64,000 nt of DNA from the IMG/VR virus record IMGVR_UViG_3300045988_138996, positions 32,001 through 96,000 of that record; one strand, given 5' to 3'. The stretch comes from a virus. Under the pieces are notes generated by a model. The model worked only from the letters and a program-made list of their open reading frames with translations. It was not told the origin of the DNA and made no database searches. Made by a program: the position numbers and the translations under genes. The number at the start of each line of letters is the position of its first letter. Positions within the stretch are counted from its first letter, which is position 1. Positions 58,801 to 64,000 of the stretch are shown piece after piece.

Positions 58801-58870
58801 CACTATTATGCCATTTAACGAAATTCGTCAAATCAATAACTACATTCAAATTCGTCAACCTGGTACCTAG
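55838..58870 (+). CDS. Tail sheath protein (1010 aa)
   Basis: N-terminal LPGVFVEVNS...AVLCIGTAFDGPNG and C-terminal KGIVTVKNTFTRGYVITDG are typical of sheath proteins. Followed by the tube gene. Highly expressed codon usage. Confidence 0.75.
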   Translation: MAYSFKEEILRDLPGVFVEVNSVKKKLYDDSQFGTTDAVLCIGTAFDGPNGVPVPIYDPSYATYTYGDTYNRETKREVDLTATLADAYNSGCRTLYGFRIGGSEAQKDFKLRSDDTLRFRVKSRFPSNKAKQVYFTFDNTPGQEVLTIYKPVSKATTYERYNAMIDNEEEMIKVEIPLGLMGAGFTADTPISEVIRHINNFPRNNVVTLSIVNKKGQDVTLRKDSYELALGSIFPGTYFLGRKRSLVPCRTEVRTHVIKSKKSPKPFGSFTGKYFHTLRINTDVNAEYPIYSVSDKDLNEAFTTVGLKMYTHNDYLRTPGASALAFEEDDNDYEDTNMTNFQKYMKLGSGFAITATAYPRTNSTGQYLTPRVKESDVKDKQYVVSIGEGAYSVLQNADMPYRVLGAQICADTVIGGRLPKPKDFLKAFPIDAVMVNTVAGGAPVVDTEMFKITPVVNVKDTKHSPRSYKFSFAKVDNAAEITDENIYQNEVFTVIPSVANEAALDLDHKTYEAGQTFYFEDTKEVKSITFDGKLQNAVSPHQKFKHFVTKDKIIEAEPATGNTVTFKEIASLADLQYDTAMNGLLTDADATTAAYYATTAAAATATAANAKYVLLSVNDVLCVGKYDAGAVTPIGEYDILTDKDSRDDKVVTYIENFDCVDNRVIISVTDFNYRTVAEFISDLKDNVNFTDNFTVELTDNGIVEKDALIEEVLEPVLVGGKVALATLAKDRTIDYDYTMRIPYRTPDNFARQLAQHCLYTELKTAHTHGLIGVERISDYTLSGVEQKFQDLNSLNLNLELKRGNGRSVIDDDGAPVDIGRSISCTFFQNNVPVYNSTYAYVGNGAAAYAGMVSALPVEQSPTNQKIGISPLFELTASQLSNLTSKGIVTVKNTFTRGYVITDGCTMADPTDALSRLNSVRIIDAVERAIRRVCEPFIGKQNTISVRNSIQTGLTSELNKLKGVLLYDYLFEIANDVTALQYTYIDINYTIMPFNEIRQINNYIQIRQPGT

Positions 58871-58892
58871 TAGTTTTTAATTAAAGAAGGAG

Positions 58893-58913
58893 GGGGCGGA
58901 TAACCTCCGCCCC
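58893..58913 (+). other. GC hairpin between an AAGGAGG box and the tube gene start codon
   Basis: ggggcgga-taacc-tccgcccc. SD-like aaggagg at 58887-58893; ATG at 58926. Confidence 0.6.
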
Positions 58914-58925
58914 ATTATTTAACAC

Positions 58926-59126
58926 ATGGCTTACTCTAATAACTCTGGTGTAACTACAGCGTCTGAATACACTCGTAGTTATACTACTTTTTCCGGCTGT
59001 GATATCGTAGCTACATTCGGTTCCGAAGTAGTAGCTGAAATTCAAGGTATTACAGTTTCTATTAATCGTGAAAAGGCTCCAGTGTACACCTTCGGGAGTG
59101 CAGAGCCTCGTTCTATCTCGAGAGGT
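58926..59126 (+). CDS. Tail tube protein, exon 1
   Basis: YTRSYTTFSGCDIVATFG...REKAPVYTFGS aligns with the uninterrupted paralog at 62429. P1: gagaggU pairs with gcttctc (59142-59148). Confidence 0.8.
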
Positions 59127-60063
59127 AAAAATTCCGCGTTTGCTTCTCCTTTGCAGTAATGCAATGTATAATTAAACTCTGTGATATGCTGGAAACCCCT
59201 TAGAGCCTTTAGTACCAAAGTGTGACAATCTAAAGGATTGGGCAATCAGCAGGCAGCGTAAGCGCCTCAACGACTATCCGTAAGGAGTACATCATAACAG
59301 CTGATGGAAGTGCAGAGCTCCCTTTTTCGTGTCATATGTGGCATTGCAAATAATTTTTCTATGTAATATAATAATAGAAAAGGAGATGATCACATATGAA
59401 GTATAAATATAATTTAGATTTTTTTAAAAATGATTCACCTGAAAAATATTATTTCTATGGTTTTTTAGCGTCAGATGGTTATATTTCAGATGATAAAATT
59501 AGCATTGGAATAAATGTTAAAGATAGAGAAATATTAGAAAAATTTCAAAAATTAATTTGTCCAGAAAAACCAATTTATGAAAAGACACAAACAAATTCTT
59601 TAAAATTTGAAATAACAAATAAGGATTTGTCAAAAAAATTAAAAAAATATTTTTCTATGATAACCAATAAAAAATATGAAGAAATCAGGTTTCCAAATGT
59701 TCCAGAAAAATATCTTAAAGATTTTATCCGTGGTGTAATTGATGGAGATGGAAATATCGATACAACAAAAGGATATCAAAAAGACAAAATTTATATTGGA
59801 GCAAGATTAAGAATATTAGGAAATAAGGAATTCTTAATAGAATTAAATGAAAAAACTAAATTATTATATCCACATAATACCAATGCAGTAAATAAAAAAG
59901 GAAAAGAAAATGTTTATGTGATAACATATAATTTTAAAACTGCTAGAGAATTATTAAGAATAATATATTATGATGGATGTTTATCGTTAACAAGAAAATT
60001 TAATCGATCTAGGGATGAAGATATAGTCTCAACAATTACGAAAGTTATTGATAAGAAAAAATG
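59127..60063 (+). mobile_element. Group I intron with LAGLIDADG gene in the tail tube gene
   Basis: P atgctggaaa, Q caatcagcagg, R ctcaacgactatcc. S gaagatatagtct lies inside the 3' end of the endonuclease ORF. Terminal G at 60063. Confidence 0.8.
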
Positions 60064-60064
60064 A
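59396..60064 (+). CDS. LAGLIDADG homing endonuclease
   Basis: YYFYGFLASDGY and FIRGVIDGDGN motifs. The TGA stop spans the 3' splice site. Confidence 0.8.
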   Translation: MKYKYNLDFFKNDSPEKYYFYGFLASDGYISDDKISIGINVKDREILEKFQKLICPEKPIYEKTQTNSLKFEITNKDLSKKLKKYFSMITNKKYEEIRFPNVPEKYLKDFIRGVIDGDGNIDTTKGYQKDKIYIGARLRILGNKEFLIELNEKTKLLYPHNTNAVNKKGKENVYVITYNFKTARELLRIIYYDGCLSLTRKFNRSRDEDIVSTITKVIDKKK

Positions 60065-60177
60065 AACGCGGTATTGCTGGTACTATTGTATTCACATTGT
60101 TCGACCGTGATGCCCTTGTAGATGCTCTTGCTGTTCGTGCAGCTAAAGCAGCTTATTTCCAACGTATCGGCGGTGAT
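60064..60177 (+). CDS. Tail tube protein, exon 2 (38 codons)
   Basis: KRGIAGTIVFTLFDRD... aligns with paralog RTIAGSMVFAVLDKH. The 3' end is approximate (set after TGAT). Confidence 0.7.
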
Positions 60178-60531
60178 TTGGCGGTAGCCTAGTCGGCATA
60201 TAAAGTAATTTGTATGTCTGCAAATATATGATAGTTTGTATTTGCACCGATTGGATCGAATTGCTGGGAAATCCTAAAGCTTAAAATACCTTAATGGTTG
60301 TGAAAACAGAAATAAATTTTAAGATGATATATGGTTAAAACCTAAGTATTATAATAATGGACAATCAGCAGCGAAGTCGCAATATTGCGAAACGTTCAAC
60401 GACTATCTCGTGAAGAGAGTAGGATAAAATGCTTTCCGAAGTGGTCCATCCCATACAGTGGGAAATGATATAGTCTATGCTTATATGAAAGTATAAGAAA
60501 AACAAATTTAGCAAATTTGTGTATAAAATAT

Positions 60532-60560
60532 TTGACAATAATTAATATCACCATTATAAT
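60532..60560 (+). promoter_or_regulatory. Consensus promoter for tnpB inside the intron
   Basis: TTGACA (60532-60537), 17 nt spacer, TATAAT (60555-60560). Confidence 0.6.
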
Positions 60561-60589
60561 ATTCTTATAAACAAGAAAGGATATTATAT

Positions 60590-61678
60590 ATGGAAAAAAG
60601 ATTTTTATTACAAATATATCCAACAAAAGAACAAGAAAAATTAATACAAAGAACATTTGGATGCGCAAGATTCGTTTATAATTATTTTTTAGATTATAGA
60701 ATAAAAAAATATAATGAAGAAAATATTTCTTTAACTGCTAATGATTGTAGTAAAATATTAACTTCATTAAAAAAAGAAAAAGAATTTTTGCAAATTCCAG
60801 ATAAATATGCATTACAAAATGTATTAAAAGATTTAGATATGGCTTATAAAAGATTTCAAAAAGGAATTGCGAATTACCCAAAGTTTAAATCTAGAAGTAA
60901 TTATAAGACATATAGAACAAATCGATCTGGTAATAAAATTAGATTTGTTTCTGATAATATAATTATTCTTCCTAAGTTAAGAGAAGTTAAGTTTAGGAAC
61001 AATATTGTTCCAGATGGCGAAATTGTGAATGTTGCAATTATACAAAAACCTTCTGGTAAATATTATGCGTCTGTTCTTTGTAGAAATTGCAAAGTAAAAA
61101 ATATTGAAAAAACTGGCAAAAGTGTTGGTATAGATTTAGGAATAAAAGATTATATTGTTACATCTGATGGACAAAAAATTCCAAATAATCATTTTCTAAA
61201 AAAGACAATATCTAAAATAAAGAAAATGCAAAAAGAATTTGATAGAAAAAAAGATGGTAGCAATAATAAAGAAAAATTAAGAATTAAAATAGCTAAACAA
61301 TATGAAAAACTAACAAATGCAAGAAAAGATTATATTCATAAACTTTCTATGAAATTAATAGAAGAATATGATGATATTTGCATTGAAGATTTAAAGATAA
61401 AAGATATGGTTAAAAATAAACTTTTGTCTTTTGATATAATGGATTGTTCATGGTATGAATTACGAAGACAGCTTGAATATAAAGCAAAATTCTATAATAA
61501 AAGAATTCATATTGTTGATAGATATTTTCCATCGAGTAAAAAATGTTCAGTTTGTGGTTATAAAAAAGAAGATCTTTCGCTTGATGATCGATTTTGGACT
61601 TGTCCAGATTGTAATACCACTCATGATAGAGATATAAATGCAGCTAAAAATATTCTTAAAGAAGGAATGAAAAATTAA
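60590..61678 (+). CDS. tnpB: TnpB (IS200/IS605-family RNA-guided nuclease), apparently intact
   Basis: RuvC-I VGIDLG, RuvC-II ICIEDL, Zn finger CSVCG...CPDCN, RuvC-III HDRDINAAKNI. No tnpA nearby. Confidence 0.85.
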   Translation: MEKRFLLQIYPTKEQEKLIQRTFGCARFVYNYFLDYRIKKYNEENISLTANDCSKILTSLKKEKEFLQIPDKYALQNVLKDLDMAYKRFQKGIANYPKFKSRSNYKTYRTNRSGNKIRFVSDNIIILPKLREVKFRNNIVPDGEIVNVAIIQKPSGKYYASVLCRNCKVKNIEKTGKSVGIDLGIKDYIVTSDGQKIPNNHFLKKTISKIKKMQKEFDRKKDGSNNKEKLRIKIAKQYEKLTNARKDYIHKLSMKLIEEYDDICIEDLKIKDMVKNKLLSFDIMDCSWYELRRQLEYKAKFYNKRIHIVDRYFPSSKKCSVCGYKKEDLSLDDRFWTCPDCNTTHDRDINAAKNILKEGMKN

Positions 61679-61759
61679 TTATTGTTGAACCGCAGGAATT
61701 GCGGAGATTGTCTTGAGACGTTTATCGTCAATAGAAATTTTATTTTATAAAAAATTCAG

Positions 61760-62131
61760 ATTAACTATCAACCGTACACAATTACTGAATGGGACACAAA
61801 ATTAACTAACATGGTTGTTAATTCCTTGGGCGCTAACAACAGCAATAGCCAAGTAGCTTCCACTAACCCATTCAAAGTTACACAAAATGTAGCTATTCAA
61901 TCTACTCCAAAATATTCTGACGAAATTCCTCCATTCGACATTACATTGTCCTTTGCGAACGAATATGGTCAATCTGCAGTTATGGTTATCTATGGCTGTG
62001 AAATTTTGAACGAAGCTTCTAGCTTCTCTGTAGATTCTACTACTACTGATAAAGCTTGTACTTACATTGCTCGCTCTGTCGATTACTTGCAACCAGTAGA
62101 AAACAAATACTTGCTTGATAACAAGTACTAA
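61760..62131 (+). CDS. Tail tube protein, exon 3
   Basis: INYQPY...DEIPPFDITLSFANEYGQSAVMVIYGCEILNE aligns with paralog GNYQNK...ELPNFDVTLSFANEYGRQSTISVYNCTIIDE. Confidence 0.7.
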   Translation: MNYQPYTITEWDTKLTNMVVNSLGANNSNSQVASTNPFKVTQNVAIQSTPKYSDEIPPFDITLSFANEYGQSAVMVIYGCEILNEASSFSVDSTTTDKACTYIARSVDYLQPVENKYLLDNKY

Positions 62132-62138
62132 TAAATTC

Positions 62139-62166
62139 GGCGAGGAAATTTTTTCCTCGCCTTTTA
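62139..62166 (+). terminator. Intrinsic terminator after the tube gene
   Basis: ggcgaggaaa-tt-tttcctcgcc followed by tttt. Confidence 0.75.
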
Positions 62167-62190
62167 TTTTTTTCTTAGGAGACAATAGGC

Positions 62191-62439
62191 GTGAAAAAAT
62201 CTCAAGAAAATACTAATCAAATATTTCTGTATCTAAATCGTGGTTTACAAGATTACATTAATAGTTCTTTATTATCTGGTGAACATTCTAGTAATGTTAA
62301 GAAAGATATGGAAGAAATATGCTATAATATTATTAGTGAGCGTAATATTGAACTTAAAACGAACATTATTACGTTGATCAATAATAGAGTTCAACAATAT
62401 ATGAAATTATATAATTTAAAGGTGAAATATGCCAAATGA
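62191..62439 (+). CDS. Hypothetical protein
   Basis: GTG start following a GGAG RBS. Confidence 0.45.
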   Translation: MKKSQENTNQIFLYLNRGLQDYINSSLLSGEHSSNVKKDMEEICYNIISERNIELKTNIITLINNRVQQYMKLYNLKVKYAK

Positions 62440-63679
62440 TTTGTCTTTAGGTAATAAAGACGTGGTTCAAACCTCAAAGTATACGAGAACGTATACTTCT
62501 TATAGCGGGTGTGATATTGTAGCTTCTATTAATATTACGATTCCAGGTCAAGAAACAATTTCGAAAGTATTTGGGAGCCTACAAACATTCTCCTATAGTA
62601 TACATCAAGAAAAAGCTCCGGTAAGGACATTGGGCGATGTTAATGCTATCACGTATGTCGATGGCCCAAGAACAATTGCCGGCTCTATGGTATTTGCCGT
62701 ATTAGATAAACATGTTATCTATGAGATTATAGACGATGTATATAAAAAAGGCAATTATCAAAATAAACATTTTTTAATGGATGAATTACCTAACTTTGAC
62801 GTTACATTATCGTTCGCTAATGAATATGGACGTCAGTCTACTATTAGTGTGTATAATTGTACGATAATCGATGAAGGTCAGATTATGTCGATTAACGATA
62901 TCTTAACAGAAAATACATATCATTATTATGCGACCGATATCGATTATATGACAGAGTCTCAGAACTATTATACTCTTAATGAAAAAAGTATAATTGATTC
63001 TAATCCATGGTTAACAACTAATAATGCTAAGATTAAAACGCAAAATATTAAAGTACAATATGGCATCCCTGTATTAACATTATCTAAAGAAGGATATTAT
63101 TCTTTTAAGACATATATGGATGCTCTTAATAGAAAATATAAAAAGTTAGCCGATCAGTTTATGGGCGAAAAAGAATCTGAAAAGATGGCTCAGCTTAAAA
63201 AAGATTATTATAATCTTAGAACTGAAGCCGAACAATATTATCCTTCTCAAGCATTATTATCTAAGACACAAAAGAAAGTTCGTTTCTTAGAACGTAAACG
63301 TTTAAAAGTTAATAAAGAATACGATAATTTTAGAACATCATTATACACATCAAGACGTGACGTTCCTGATTATTCTAAGTTTAGAGTTAATGGTAAAGTT
63401 AAAAACGAATCTGAAATTCCGGACTATTCTAAATATAGATTAGATCCTAAAAAAGATAATTCTAACCTTCCTTCATATGATGACTTTAGAAAGAAAGAAA
63501 ATGATCGTCATGAGAAAAAAGATGATATTCCTGATTACTCTAACTTTAGAAAAAATCGTAATAAAACTGTTAAGGAAGAAGAAGCAACTCATTATAAATT
63601 AGATGAAAATGGTAACGTGGTTATTATAGATACACATATAGACAATAAAGGAGGCGACGATAATATTGAACACATCTAG
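62429..63679 (+). CDS. Tail tube paralog with a C-terminal extension carrying PDYS(K/N)(F/Y)R repeats
   Basis: The N-terminal ~190 aa are colinear with the spliced tube protein. The C-terminus carries four [ILV]P-[DS]-Y-[SD]-x-[FY]-R copies. Confidence 0.7.
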   Translation: MPNDLSLGNKDVVQTSKYTRTYTSYSGCDIVASINITIPGQETISKVFGSLQTFSYSIHQEKAPVRTLGDVNAITYVDGPRTIAGSMVFAVLDKHVIYEIIDDVYKKGNYQNKHFLMDELPNFDVTLSFANEYGRQSTISVYNCTIIDEGQIMSINDILTENTYHYYATDIDYMTESQNYYTLNEKSIIDSNPWLTTNNAKIKTQNIKVQYGIPVLTLSKEGYYSFKTYMDALNRKYKKLADQFMGEKESEKMAQLKKDYYNLRTEAEQYYPSQALLSKTQKKVRFLERKRLKVNKEYDNFRTSLYTSRRDVPDYSKFRVNGKVKNESEIPDYSKYRLDPKKDNSNLPSYDDFRKKENDRHEKKDDIPDYSNFRKNRNKTVKEEEATHYKLDENGNVVIIDTHIDNKGGDDNIEHI

Positions 63680-64000
63680 TATTACATTTTTGTGGCAATT
63701 TGAAGATTTCGTCTCTTTGTATTGTAACGATTATTTTAATGGTCATACTACGTTACATGTTGATGACGGATCTAAAGTAAGAGATTTTGCATTAGACGAT
63801 GCTAATATTATTATCGATGATTTAGAAAATAATATGTATCGTTTATGGACATCTGGTCCTGATGGAAAATCTGAAGAAAAATACATCGAGATTTTTTCAG
63901 AAACGATGACCGATCAAATTGAATATCTTAACGATATATCTATTCAAGTTAAAGACATTCAAACAATTGTTGATTATGCCGAAAACATTTCGAATGAAAG
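63666..64000 (+). CDS. Hypothetical protein, 3' end outside the window
   Basis: Frame is open from TTG 63666 (AGGAGG box 11 nt upstream) to the window end. Not in the ORF track because there is no stop codon. Confidence 0.5.
   Translation, partial: MNTSSITFLWQFEDFVSLYCNDYFNGHTTLHVDDGSKVRDFALDDANIIIDDLENNMYRLWTSGPDGKSEEKYIEIFSETMTDQIEYLNDISIQVKDIQTIVDYAENISNE

Larger units (their letters stand above)
60178..61759 (+). mobile_element. IStron-like element: group I intron core followed by a tnpB gene and a structured 3' end
   Basis: P ttgctgggaa (60261), Q caatcagcagc (60362), R gttcaacgactatc (60394), S gatatagtct (60467), then the promoter and tnpB. Ends ...ttcaG before exon 3. Confidence 0.7.

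Noticed and set aside
1-64000. Prophage boundary, integrase or att sites
   Set aside because: No integrase, excisionase or repressor-like gene was seen, and no direct repeat flanks the tRNA genes. The adhesin gene at the left edge is the only host-like gene, so the question is left open rather than called.

Overview
AT-rich, densely packed window with almost every gene on the plus strand. It reads as part of a large tailed phage with a contractile tail. Order along the window:
- 1-798: 3' end of a YadA-type trimeric autotransporter adhesin gene.
- 0.85-12.3 kb: replication module (two SF2/SNF2 helicases, DnaG-type primase, a PHP-less DnaE-like polymerase core).
- 12.27-14.26 kb: a ~2 kb ORF-free island. 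Its first ~660 nt run from a promoter to a terminator and look like a large structured RNA.
- 15.5-18.6 kb: a glucosaminidase+M23 lysin.
- 18.96-19.50 kb: five tRNAs plus one aberrant tRNA-like element.
- 19.9-33.4 kb: membrane, macro-domain, metallophosphoesterase and nucleotide-metabolism genes (nrdD, nrdG, tmk, dut).
- 33.4-64 kb: morphogenesis genes (terL, lysozyme-domain protein, portal, prohead protease/scaffold, HK97-like capsid, neck proteins, sheath, two tube paralogs).

The main feature is the load of self-splicing and mobile elements.
- nrdD carries two ORF-less group I introns.
- terL carries an intein in its Walker A motif plus four intervening sequences. Three of them encode LAGLIDADG endonucleases, and the first holds two ribozyme cores.
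- The tail tube gene carries one LAGLIDADG intron and one IStron-like element, a group I core followed by an intact tnpB.

Other second-look items are three tandem hairpin repeats with compensatory changes after nrdD, a small promoter-to-terminator RNA candidate, and candidate counter-defence genes (macro domain, two Panacea/DUF4065 proteins). No integrase, CRISPR array or rRNA was seen. All calls come from reading the sequence and ORF track by eye. Splice sites without a stated P1 pairing are approximate.
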